DNA of 51,575 nucleotides, counting the filler, from Jimgerdemannia flammicorona (taxonomy: Eukaryota): NCBI GenBank assembly GCA_003990765.1. It is 2 parts of 2 records of this genome, joined end to end, with 100 filler letters (N's around TTAATTAATTAA, not from the genome) between each part and the next. Parts side by side here need not be neighbours in the genome. Positions count along the whole stretch, not along the records: positions 1 to 25,749 come from RBNJ01000798.1; positions 25,850 to 51,575 come from RBNJ01000799.1. One strand, 5' to 3'. Shown here in pieces: positions 25,001 to 37,103 of this stretch; the stretch's first letter is position 1, and each line of letters begins with the position of its first letter. The translations under genes and the position numbers were made by a program. Below the pieces are notes generated by a model, which worked only from the letters and a program-made list of their open reading frames with translations, did not search any database and had not been told where the DNA came from.

Positions 25001-25628
25001 AGTTGGCAGGCTGTAGAGATTGGTGAGGAGTGGGACTGGGCAGAATTCTGGTTGTGGAGTGCTGAGGTGCAGCAGTGGCTTCCTCCTAAGTTCTGGGTAG
25101 TATGGTGGTAGTTGCTGAGGAGGAATATCATGTTGAATTTCTATGCTGAGCATCTTATAGAGGGTGGCTGTTTCGATTGTGAGGAGTATTATAATGTAGG
25201 GCAAGTTGGTGGATTTGTGCAGATGCCTGAACATTGGCTGGGAGAGTGTGAAGTTCTGGGGGACTTTTGGATAGCAGTAGAAAATCAGCTGGGTGTGGAG
25301 AAGAGACCAGATGGAGAGAGAGATCACTGGGAGGATTTGAACTCTCAGCTAGTGGGTGGTGTGGGCAATGATTGGCTCACTGTAGGGTGGGCTTTAGCAG
25401 TATGGGTAGGGCTGGCTGGAGATTGGCTCTTTGTTTTTCGAGGAGAGGCAGCAGATGGGTTTACAGGAGAAGTTATTGAGGTGGGAGGAGTTGATGGGGG
25501 ATCTGCTGACTGGGTGGTGGGTGGGTTGGGGTCTCCAGGGTGATAAACATCATTGCCTGGTAGAAGGAATCTGTAAACAGAGTAGTGGGTGGGTGGAGAT
25601 GGTATTAGATAAAGTAGTCTTTTATTGA
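22012..25628 (+). pseudogene. LINE ORF2: APE endonuclease + reverse transcriptase + CCHC
   Basis: SLNVNGL, LLQD, GDF, TRIDW, WSD; GEDGL, KNWRPIMLLN, QQGFVGGR, LDQEKAYD, PQGDPLSP, AYVDD; CFDC-x17-HWLGEC. Confidence 0.92.
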
Positions 25629-25749
25629 GTTGGGGTGAAAGAGTGGGGCCCCCCTAGGGGGATTGGATAGGGTTGGGCATTGTGTATTATTTAGATGATA
25701 GATGGTGTTTTAATAAAGGGAGAAGTCCAAGTGACTATAAAAAAAAAAT

Positions 25750-25849
25750 NNNNNNNNNNNNNNNNNNNNNNNNNNNNNNNNNNNNNNNNNNNNTTAATTA
25801 ATTAANNNNNNNNNNNNNNNNNNNNNNNNNNNNNNNNNNNNNNNNNNNN
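25750..25849. other. Assembly gap with artificial linker
   Basis: 44 N + TTAATTAATTAA + 44 N = exactly 100 nt; the 12-mer gives stops in all six frames. Confidence 0.97.
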
Positions 25850-25861
25850 AAAAAAAAAAAA

Positions 25862-27400
25862 AGGACATTTAGTACCCTTTCTCAACTAAACTCACAGAGA
25901 AGTCTATAAGCTAAACCTATCAGAAAATAGCAAAAAGTCCTAGAAGAAAGGAAAGGCCCCTCTGTGACCCAAAAGACAGTAAAGCCTTCCACCAACATTG
26001 GAGAAGAATTAACACTACAGTAATGGCAATAACTAGTAGAACTCTTCAACAAATATCAAGATATCTTCACTACTAATTATGACAACCTACTATACAACCC
26101 ATCATATGTACTACCACAGTATAAATATGAGAAATGCAACACCCATCCAGCAGAAACTCTATAGAATACCCCATCATCTAAAGATATTTGAAAAGGAACA
26201 CATTTAAGAACTCTTAGACAATAGAGTCATCTGACCCTCTATTAGCCCTTAGGTCAGCTCTATATTTATTATATCAAAGAAAGGAGAATGGAGACTCTAT
26301 ATAGACTATAGGAAACTCAATTCAGTCACCAAAAAGGATGCCTATCCTTTCCCCAGAATTGATGACCTCTTGGACCAGTTACAAGATACCAGATACTTCA
26401 GCAGTATAGATCTTTTTGCAGAATTCCATGAGATCTCCATGGATCTCAAAGATATTCAGAAGACAACCTTCCTTACCCTAGGAAAACTATTTGAGTACCT
26501 CTGAATACCCTTTGGACTTTGCAATATACCTCCCACCTTCCAGAGAATGATGAACTCAGTCTATGACTCATTGATCTACTACTATCTAATTGTATATATG
26601 GATAATTCTAACATCTATTCAGCAAATTTTGAGGAATATCTGTACTATCTAAAAGAATTCTTCAAGCTCACCTATAAGAACCACCTGAGACTCAATGCTA
26701 AGAAATGCTACTTTGGGAAACAGAAACTTAAATTTCTTAGATTTATAGTTTCAAAATAAAAAATCCATACAGACTCAAAGAAAATCAAGAAGATCAATAA
26801 TTGGCCAGTACCCAAGATCTCAAAGAAAACACTATCATTCCTAATACTAGTATCTTACTACAGAAGATTTATCAAGAACTTTGCTCAAAGTGCTGCTCCA
26901 ATCTGAATCCTTCTCAAGAAAGAAGTATCTTATAAATAGATAGAATCACAAGAAGAAGTCTTCAAAGAACTCAAGCACCATATAACTACAGTACCAATCC
27001 TTGTATATCTCAATCTACAGAAGCCATTCATCTTATATATAGATACTTCTAAAGATGGCCTTGGAGCAGTTCTAGTTCAAAAAGAACATAACTAATAATA
27101 TCATATAATAGCTTATGCAAGCTGAGCTATCAATCAGCAGCAGATCAACTATGGCAGTACTAAATTAGAATACCTTACAGTTATATAGACAGTTACTCTA
27201 TTCAAACATTACCTTATCAGAAAAAAGTTCATCCTGATAACTGATCATACTACTCTCAAATAGCTATTTAATCATAAAGAACCCACTGGAATCCTGGCTT
27301 ACTGGATCCTTATTCTTCAGGATTATAAAATTACTATCATTTATAAAATAGGAAAAGCTCATAACAATTTTGATATACTTTCCTACCAACTCCAATAAAC
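25862..27400 (+). mobile_element. Third Ty3/Gypsy fragment (RT + RNase H), distinct from G1/G2
   Basis: KKGEWRLYIDYRKLNSVTKKDAYPFPRIDDLL, PFGLCN, YMDN (YMDD with GAT>AAT), FILYIDTSKDGLGAVL, ITDH. Confidence 0.92.
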
Positions 27401-27417
27401 CAGAAGAAGAGTGTACT

Positions 27418-27438
27418 GAGGAACTATACTCTAATAAA

Positions 27439-27477
<39 letters not shown>

Positions 27478-27485
27478 ACTATACT
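27418..27485 (+). mobile_element. Poly(A)-tail-only retro-insertion flanked by a target-site duplication
   Basis: GAGGAACTATACT (27418-27430) + CTAATAAAAT + A32 + GAGGAACTATACT (27473-27485). Confidence 0.85.
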
Positions 27486-27519
27486 TTAAAGGAAGCTTCT
27501 CTGACCATCAAAGTACAAG

Positions 27520-30030
27520 ACATCTTTTCTTCAGTAACATTCAGGTTACACAACCTTTTGATAATACTTTCAACACAGTTTCTAGAGAAAAGCTACTAGT
27601 ATTATAGTAACCAATGAGTATCTTAAGGTACATACTGGGCAGGGTGGCCTGGGTACATTCAACTGGCAGTATGTGGAGAGGGGCCCTGGCTTGGGGGAAA
27701 GTATGAGGGGCCTGCTGGCAGGAGGACATAGTAGGGAGAGGACAGTTCTGAAGGTCAGGAGATAGGAAGGGTAAGCTTTATAGATAAGATGAAGAGAGGT
27801 CAGCAGAGAGCTGAGCTGGAGGGCTGGCTTAGGAGGAGTAAGGAGATAGTGAAAACTGCAGAGCAGCAGCCTCAAGGGGGAGTCTCTCTGGGGGGCTGGA
27901 GTAGTAAGACTAGTGGTGTAGGAGCTGAGGGGGTGACTGTTGATGAGAGCTTGATAGATAATTAGAAAAAAAATCTAGATAGAACTGCTGATGGTAGACT
28001 AAGCAGTGGAAAAGACATAAGGTCTAGTGATCTAGCAGATGGTGTAATGGGACTGGTAGTGGCACTATTACTCAAGAAGTCAATCTTAGAGTTTGTAGTC
28101 ACCTTGTGCTTCTGGGGCTTAGCAATGATAGCAAAAATGGTCCTGTGGCTGATTGCCAAGCAAGTGGCTGGAGCAGTATCCATGAAGTTCCTAAAGAGAC
28201 TAAAAGGAGTATAGATTGACTTCAAGGAGGTTGGACCATTGAAGGAGGCTCTGAAGGCAGAGTTGATAGTTAGAGAGATATATATTCTAATAGTGTATTG
28301 CTTGAGGTGGGACCCCAGAGTGGTGCAATTGCTGGTGAAAGGGGTGTCCACAGTGACTGCTGAGAAGATAAGGAGGAGAGTTGTGGAAGTCATAACTGAG
28401 TATAGCGAGGTGATCAATGTTGGGTTTCAGGTCTAGGAGGGGACCTCTTTCAGGACTAGAGATATTGATGTTTAAATTCAGTTAGCAGAGAAGGAAGCTA
28501 TCAGGAAGGCTAGAGACTGGTCTTTGGTGATGATCTGAGAGGCTTTCTTGTATAAGGTGATAAGGGTGAAGGAGAGTGAGGAGGAGAAAGAGGATCTGCT
28601 GGAGGTACTGGAAGAGCTGAGCAGTACTGTGGAGCAGAGGGCTAAGGCTTGGAAGGTATATGTTGAGTTGATGCATTTGGAAGTAATAGATAGAAAGAGA
28701 ATTCAGATAGATAAGGAGTAGTGGAAAAGATCCCAAGAACATAAAAGGCAGAGAGAGCTATTGGTGAAACTGGAAAGCAGGATAAAGAAGGATGCTAATG
28801 GCATTGGAATCATGGAGAGAGCCAAGGAGAGCATCTGGGCTAGTAAGGATAGAGAGAATACAGAGAAGGAGTCAGAAGGGAGAGAGGAGGTAAAGGAAAA
28901 TAACTCTTATATAGATGGCACCTTTGAGATCTGAGAGCCTTCCCTGATCCCTATACTACTTATTAGATAAGATCCAGCTTCCAGAGGTAGGGTGACAGAG
29001 GATATATCTATGCAGAGAGTCCAGAGAGTATACTTTAGAGTTCCAGAGATAGCAAAGGGGGGGTAGGTAGTATCAGTAGATGAGGATGAACTAGTGGATA
29101 TTCAGGAGAAGGAGTGAGATGAGACTACAAGTATAGGTGCTAACATCTTGATACTAGATAGAGGGAGGCCAGTAACTCCTAGGAGGAAAGAGGTGGAAAA
29201 TCTGCTATAGATGTACAGGATGATGAACAACTTTACAGTAGAGGAATTGGGAGAGATGGACCTATAAGTGATAAGTGAAGAGCAGTAAGCATATATTCTG
29301 CATGGCAAGGGAGTAGTGGAGGTGCTGAAGGCAAATATTCTTGTAGTTTTTCTAGAGAAGAAAGGATATGAGGTTGATAAGGAGAGAGAGGCTGGGCTGG
29401 CAGTTACTACTGATGAGAGGGCTGCTTTCTGTTGGGTGGAGCAGTATGGATTACACCTCTGGCAGAAAGCCAGCCTAGAATATTATGAAAAATTCAAGGA
29501 GAAGAAAGATGAAGAGCTCACTGAACTTCTGGTTGAACTGAAGGCTAAGAGAACTGAAGAGGAAGCAGAAGCTGCAGAACATAATCTGGACCTGGCTCAG
29601 GAGGAGATGAATATAAAGTAGTAGAGGATATGCTTACTATTATACATTATTCCTTATAAATAGTATAACCAATATTTTCTCTTTAAATGTGAATAGGCTC
29701 CAGGGTTTGTTTCATTGATGAAACATTTTTGCTTAGCTGAAGGGATTGGAGACTGATCTCTTTCTTTTGCAGGATGTCAGGTGTGAGGATAATTTGGATA
29801 AACTGAAATGAACAAAAGAATGGAGAGGGGAAGCAGTTTGGAAGGACAAGGTTGGGATTCTGGTCAGGAAGAGCAGAGGGGAGATATGGGATGTACAGAA
29901 CTGGGAAGACAGGCTGGTCTGGGATAAATGAATTCACACTGATCAGGAACCAGTTATGGTTGGATCCTGCTACTGTCCTGTGGTGAGGGGTGAGTGGGTA
30001 GAGTGGGTGAAGGGTCTCCAGGAGGAAGTT
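27520..30030 (+). mobile_element. Second LINE copy: 5' UTR, ORF1 and start of ORF2; 3'-truncated
   Basis: Collinear with ~19914-22385 (DLADGVMGLVVALLLKKSILEFV, WDPRVVQLLV, FSLNVN, LFLLQD); homology ends near 30026. Confidence 0.9.
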
Positions 30031-30871
30031 GAGGAGGACAAGGTGCGGTTGAAGATGACTGTCACGAATGCGATTCGGAAGGGCTGAGCAAAGGAGAAGG
30101 GTAAGCTTATTTCGCTCATTTCGAAGATGGTTTCAAGCAGGAGGATATTATTCCGCTTTGAGAACTTCCATGACGTCCTCGGGAGTCACGTTTATGGTTT
30201 CGGTATGGATGAGGTAGGTGGTGAGGGAGACGACTATTTTCGTATCGTGGTCTGTGAGTCGAAGGATGCCGTCCAAGAAATCTAGAATTCTGAACCTTTT
30301 GATAATTATAAATCCCTGCCGTATGAGTTCCAGCAACCACTCCGAAGCAAAAACGAACATGGCGGCTACAACGAACTCCAAAGGTGTCGTACCGTAGTGG
30401 CGACCGATTTTCGAAATATACGGGTACAGGTTCGTCCGCATCATCATGTCGATTACATCCGAAAAATCCTCTAGCGTATCGCGCCTGCAGATAGATTGGA
30501 GAACCTCGTAATCGTTATCGATATTCTCGGCCCAAACGCCGTACATATCACGAGCATGGCGTACGAGCTCGGCGACGGTACGATCGTCGAGTCCATGTAT
30601 TGGCCGTTCCATAATGGTTTGGAAAATGTGACGAGGCAGACGAGCACCCATATTGAGCATCACAGAGACCGGTCGGTTTGAGAACCTTTGGGTAAATGGC
30701 GAGCATACAATCAAATGCTCGCCACCGGTCGAACTGATTCAGGGCCCACTTAGCGACTGTCACGGGGTCGCACGAAACATGGCGGAAGAGAGAGGGGACA
30801 AGAGACCAGGACGAAGGGTGAATGAGGAAAATGAGAATGTCAGAGAGAATATCGAAAGGGAGAGTTTCCAT
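30030..30871 (-). pseudogene. F-box-like gene, frameshifted and cut at the TE boundary
   Basis: ATG at 30871: METLPFDILSDILIFLIHPSSWSLVPSLFRHVSCDP (F-box-like). Frame change near 30680 into the 188-aa ORF, and a further open frame after ~30150 (NNILLLETIFEMSE...) running into the LINE. Confidence 0.6.
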
Positions 30872-30952
30872 GTGTTGAAATATGCAACTCGAGTAACGAG
30901 TGGCTTGGACGGATGTAAACGTCATCAATGGTGATCATCACTCTGGACGTCA

Positions 30953-31750
30953 TCAATTTGCAACGCGTAACTTGAGCATCAATAAACATTCCTTCCTTCG
31001 TCGTTTCTCCTGGATTATACAAAATCTCAACACCATGGAAGAGGTAAGTGCGCTGGGGAATGAATTGAAAGAAAGGTGGAGTGAGATGGCTTCATAGTAA
31101 ATATGTGTCGCCTCCTTGTCACAACGTTTGAGCATGGACAGTAAAAATGTAGTCAATCTGCACCTGCATGACCTCATGAATCTTTCAGTGCTGTGCAAGC
31201 TAAATGCGAATGAGTACGACTCATTTTTTCAACGCGATTCCGCATACGGATAGCGCGGTTGCTATCTCCGCCTGACTCTTGACCACTGTCTTGCCGACGA
31301 ATTTGACTTGACATAAACTTTGCTGGCACATTTGACTTGAGTAGTACGGTTCTGAGATGCGCTATCTTGGCTTCAGCCGCCTCCTCAAAGAGACCGTCGA
31401 CTTTGATAAGGTTCGTCACCTGGTCTCCGTTGGTTTGGGATGGGGATGACGAGGCGTTGTTCTGGATTTATGTTTTCCGGTTTGAATGGCAATTCTGCGA
31501 CTACTGCAGCTGGGACAGCAAGGCTGGTGACGTTGGTGAGGAGGATCGCTGCTTTGCTACAGTATTTTGATTTGGCCTCCGATGTTTTTTGTCTGAATGG
31601 CAAAATTTGTCGCTGGTACGTTGCTGCTCTAGAGGTTCTTGTATTGAGCAGCGAAAGGTTCTCGTTTTGCGCTGCGTCATTTTTGACCTGCGACGTCCTC
31701 CATCTTCCAGAGGCTCGCCGCTTGTGCTGGTTCTGGAGGAGTCCAAAAGA
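30953..31750 (-). pseudogene. Possible degraded coding region, unidentified
   Basis: Chain of overlapping minus-strand ORFs (31501-31746, 31385-31603, 31174-31419, 30953-31198); no motif recognised. Confidence 0.25.
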
Positions 31751-34700
31751 ACTACAGATAAGCAGGCGTTTCCAAATACACCAACCTCAACAAACCAAAC
31801 CAGGGACCAGTCGTCATAGGGGCGTGGCGCATATTGGTTATTTTCTTTTTATTTTTTTTTTAAAAAAACTAATTCACAAATCGCATGTGCGCTTTAATGA
31901 ACAGTCCTTGCGTACGAAGTTATTACGTTCGGCATCGCTTTGTCTGGCAGTTTATTTCTTCCACTCCAGCTAATGTCACCGATGTGTTCGGACGTCCTCC
32001 GGCCCTCCAGCACGTATCCCTGGCTATGGAGTGACCGAATGTGTCCACCGCGATGTAGATTGCAAGGAATCTATTTATTGTATAAATAGAAATTCTGGAA
32101 ATACAAGAGTGAAAATATTGTATGTCATGCGTCAGCCTGCACCATGCCTACAGCACCCGCGAGGATTTTTCTCTATTAAGTTGTGGCTGCATACCAGTTT
32201 GGCTGCTGTTCCCGAACCTCAAATTGGATATGGGGAACCGAGATTGGCCCACGAGGACCCACGAAAACAAGGAACGCCAGCCATTTAACCGTTGCAGATT
32301 GCTCTAATCTTGATGCAACTCATCTGTCGGTCCACTAGTGGAGTTGTTACAGTGCCCTCTCACAATTGGGTTGCATCAATATAATAACAGAGAGTAAAAA
32401 AAAAGCTTCAGCGTACAACCGAAAATCAAATCATTGCAAGGCTCATCACGCATAAGCAGAGCAGACAATTATCTCACATGTCGAGGGATCTCACTGATAC
32501 ATTCGTGCGGTTCACACGCCTGGCTAATCTGCCCCTTCGCGTACAGGCATAGTGATAAATCAAATATCTCTGAAGAGAGCGCTGTGATATTGTCACTCCA
32601 CAGGAACAAAGTAACCAGTGGTATATTTACAGCTCAACTCTCCACACTTTAGCCAAACCCACACCACCACCAAACGCAAGAATGGCCAAGCAATCCGTTT
32701 TATTCCTCCTCTCTCGCCGCCCAGACACTCCTCGCCCACCGCTGCCAATCCCATCCCTAACCCCATCACTGAGCTCCAAGAGCGAGGACGCTGCGACATG
32801 GCATACTGCGTAAACAAGGATGCGTGTTGCCAGGACAACAAGCTGAACTGCTTTAACGTGGTACCGATGACGAGATTGAGAAGCGGTGCGGCACCTGCAA
32901 TGACTTCGGTGGTAGTGTGATAGCCTCGGGTGCGACTGCCTCAATAGGCGTGACCTCGCTAAGGAGAAGCGGTGCGATACCTATTGTTTCGACTACCCTT
33001 TCGGCTATGGTGCTTGCAACAGCTTCGGAACCTGCGCTCCATACGGCGGCTACGGCTGCGGGTATGACGCCTGTGCCCCATGCGTGGTGAGAACCGTAAA
33101 CACGTGGCGTGCAATATGTGCAAGGGGCTTATTGCGCCAAGGACCACTGCTGCAATTATTGTGCTTCTAATTGCTATGTTAATACCCTCTGAATGAGATG
33201 TCAGGTTGCCAGAGGGTTGGCATTGTAAATAGAACCGCAATATGTGAGGAGCTTAGTTTGTACATATGTTCTTAAGGGTATATATGTATAGTTCACAACA
33301 TCAGAAGACAAACGAATTCGTGGTGTAAAGTAGTGAAATAAATAAAACCCATCATGAATACCAGAATGAAAGCAAAATGTAATCCCACCGGCTGAATTGA
33401 ACCCTCAATACATCACTGTTTCTAAAAGGGAGTTATGGTTCGACCTCGGAATCGACAATTACACACGCTCCACATCCCATATACTCTACATTTTTCTCCG
33501 TTGTTGGCCAAGCTTATAGCACCCTGTTAAATTTCAAAGTGAAACATCCCCACTCAGGCTGATTAGTTTCCATATAAACTGCCCACGGGGACTATGTACA
33601 TCAACCTGCACTGGCGGCCGAGGCGTGGCATCGCGTTGCGTTGGACGCTCCATAATTCACTCTCCTTTTCAAATATTGATATAACAATGCAGGCATCTCG
33701 AAATTTACACATACAAATACATGGAATATATGTTCAATATGTGCCGCGCAGCTTGCCGTTTAGCCCTTCCACCCTTCTTCGCTACGGCAGCGCGACCAAC
33801 ATCCACAGTCAATACCTCCCTTGCTTCACCTCCAAAAAGGCTGGGTGAGATGCTGGGAGCGGTGCTAGCGGTGCAAGACAAAGCGGCGCTGACGATGCAG
33901 TGGGCGTTGCCAGGTCACATAGTCGTAGTTGTCCTCATCGTCATCGAAGTATGATCTCCGGCATCACTGAATTAATATCATCGATGTTGTCCTCCACACT
34001 GCCAGCGGATTGAATAACAATTTGTGGTAGAGTGAATAAGAATGTTAAAATGTCTCATGCGCCCCAACGTCTTTACCAGCCTCGACGATCAATATTTTCA
34101 TTGCATATCGCCTCTGTCGAACCCTCTAGATTCCTAACCATACCCAATCCCTCAAAATACATTTTACCAACGTACCCAATCCCAATTTATACCGCGTTCA
34201 CTTTGGCATCGCCTTCCTCCTGTAGCAATTGTCGCCACCAAAGTAGGGCACGCCAAAGTGGTCGATATAGATTGTCCGCTCGGAGAGCTTCCCTGTTGGT
34301 GAAAGAACGGATGGATGCAAACAAAGTTGCAGAATCATAAAGTATCACATAAAACAAAATATAACTATCCTTGTGCATCCCGACACCCTATATGACCATG
34401 AGAATAAATTGGCATACAATATGTAAATATATCTTTTGGTGCCGAATTTCCATATGCCGGGTAGTAACTAAGTAACTTAGTGCACGGAGTAATGCCTTGT
34501 GCTTTGACGGGGTAGGGCCGTTGACGGATGGTCGGTTTCTTGACCGAATTGGTTTTGTTTGGCCTAGGTAGAGGATGTGAACTAGTGAGCACTAGTACTT
34601 AGTCCTGTTGTTTTGGACGCGCTCCTCGCTAGAAAAAGTGGCTTAGCCACATGCTGACAGTGATACCCGTTGTCGTTCTTTTCACGAAGTTGTAATCTGA

Positions 34701-37103
34701 ACCAACACTATATATATATATATATCGGCTTTGTTTTTATTTTTTTATTTTATTTCGTGACAAAAGTCATACTATTACAGATACAATGACATATCTTGAC
34801 GACCTGCTCGATTTTCGATGACCTAGACCGGTTTCGCCCTTGCTCAAGAGGCTCATCAGTTGGCATAAGAACTAAAACCAGAACGCGGAAACAGAGAGCG
34901 TTGAGAGCGTTCAAACAAAAAAAATTGTTTTTATTGGGGGTTACGCGTGACGTCGTTTGATCACATATAGTTATGAACGTAGTAACAATTGCCGCTTAAC
35001 ATTCATGCATTCCCCTGCCTAAGTTAGTGCCGATTTCAGATAGACGCCAGTTTCAGTGGTTAGCATTTCAATCTGTTTGGGCATCCCTCCCACAATAAAC
35101 GGCCCCTTTGCTTTAACGCGAATGCCTTGGAAACGTATGCTTCCATATAGCCAAATTCATCTGTTTCATTCACATTTATACATTTGTTTACATTCTACGG
35201 TTCACGTCTTCGTATTTTATGCAAAGGACACTTTGCCTACGTAATGTTCTCGCCACGATTCATTTATTTAGCTGGGCGAAGCGGTGACTGAGTCTAGGCC
35301 TGGACTCTTATCTGACATACAAAATAAATAAATAAAAATAATACTTGTAGCCAACATTGATACCCTTTTGCTTGGGAATATTGAATATTGCGACCGACAG
35401 ACTGTACACACCTACAACTGATTTAATCAACAGCAATGTATATACCTAACTTGGCTCATATATTAAGGCCGCTAAAAGTCTTCCTTTCTGCCACCGTCAC
35501 CATCCTTTTTGGTATGCGTATCGAACATGATATGCTTCAACATGATGCGTAAGTTTTTTCTCGTCAATATTGCCACTTTCTCTATTTCTCACTCAGCTGT
35601 GAATCATAGCCAACGCTGTTTGTCCCTTCCTAGGGATTTGAAACGACCACCAACACCAACCCAATCGAGGACGCCGCCAGCACGTCGAAACACCTGCCAT
35701 TACCTTACAATTTGGATTCATAGTGATCGTTGGTGAAATTGATTGCCTGGCAAGTCATTCCTTTTTTTTCTCCCTCTCTCATCGAATCATTTAAAGCCCT
35801 TCTTCCGAGGCCGAGCACATTAAGCCACCCAAACAGAGACATAGAAAACACTCCCTCGCCCGTGCCGCTTTCTCAATTTTCCTTACTTCCTCCTCTCTTT
35901 AAAATCTTACGGAGCTGGCACGAGGTCTTCGAGAAGCAGTAGCGGGACGAGCATGTGCGGTGTGCGCTCCGGGCAGTACACTGGGGCTTGGATTATATAT
36001 TTTTAATTTGCTAGATTGGCGGCTTCACACTACTGCGAGTCTTCCTATTGCTGATGCAACCTCGCAAAGACCGCCGCATTGCAAAGGTTTCACTCCCTCG
36101 GTATACTAAATGTCGTAGATTACCCGCGAAAACTTTCTCCTGATTTGCGGAGAACATATTATGCCAATTGCGGAAAAAGAAAAAGTACCGTTTATTCCAT
36201 GTTAATCATGCCGATGTCTTGTTTGATAAAACCCTTTACGAGCTAGTTAGAGAAAGGCGCACGGGGAGGGGTTCTTGGATTTCATACCGCTCCCGGGGGT
36301 TTGAGAAAATGTAGATTCATTTTACCGCTCCTTCATCTACTTTTCCCTGGAACTAGTCATTTCGAGGGGTGAATGTTCAGACAAAGGAAACACTTGACAC
36401 TTGGTATGTATTATGTATAGCATAGATTTATACAAGTCCAGTCTCCTCAGGCAGTTCCACTCTAATTCTCCACATTCTGCTTTATTGTCACTGTGGAAAG
36501 ATCCTCTTCTGCCTAGCCCTGGATAAATGTGAAAGGTCAGGGTAACGACCGGTCGTCCACCTCCACGTCACAACATCATCGGAGACGAACTACTGTTGGC
36601 TTTCTGGGAGTTATGGAGGTATGCACAACTCGGGTAATAATGGATTTTATTTTATTTATTGCCTGATAACTCGGTTCAGTGTCCTTTCTGTTATGCTCAA
36701 TTATTCAAGGAAGTATTTTTAAATAAAGTATATACATGGGCTGTAATTTGGGAGAATAAATTCCTGAGCAATGATTGGCCACTGAGCGGCAATGGATCGA
36801 GGAGCGAGGATGAACTGCTGGGTGATGTTGGACTGGATGAGCGAATGTGGAGGGCGAATGTGGTCCGGACGAGTGAACGAACGTGGATTGGATAGATCAT
36901 GTGCGAGAGCATGTATGAGATTACGTGAGACAACCTGTCAGACCGTCTCAGCCTCGTCTCGGTCTCGTCCCGGTCTCGTCCTGACCGAGATTCCGCACGT
37001 CCCGTCCCGTTTCTGCGCCACGATTCACATATAAGCTAAAGGGGATTCTTTCCACAACCGAAATCACACCTCAACCATCTCAAACATAGCATTTATTTCT
37101 CTC

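Larger units (their letters stand above)
19914..25749 (+). mobile_element. Near full-length non-LTR retrotransposon (L1/Tx1-like), decayed
   Basis: 5' UTR shared with the copy at 27520; ORF1; ORF2 with APE endonuclease, RT and C-terminal CCHC; AATAAA at 25712 then poly(A) into the gap. Confidence 0.93.

Noticed and set aside
20101..25327. Long Ser/Pro/Thr-rich minus-strand ORFs over the LINE
   Set aside because: By-products of the G-rich sense strand; no independent coding evidence.
25750..25849. Palindromic TTAATTAATTAA inside an N-run
   Set aside because: Symmetric 44N-12-44N scaffold linker with six-frame stops; an artefact. Adjacency across it is not guaranteed.
31980..35700. Numerous 60-105 aa ORFs on both strands
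   Set aside because: No recognisable motifs or consistent splice structure; treated as intergenic or undetermined.
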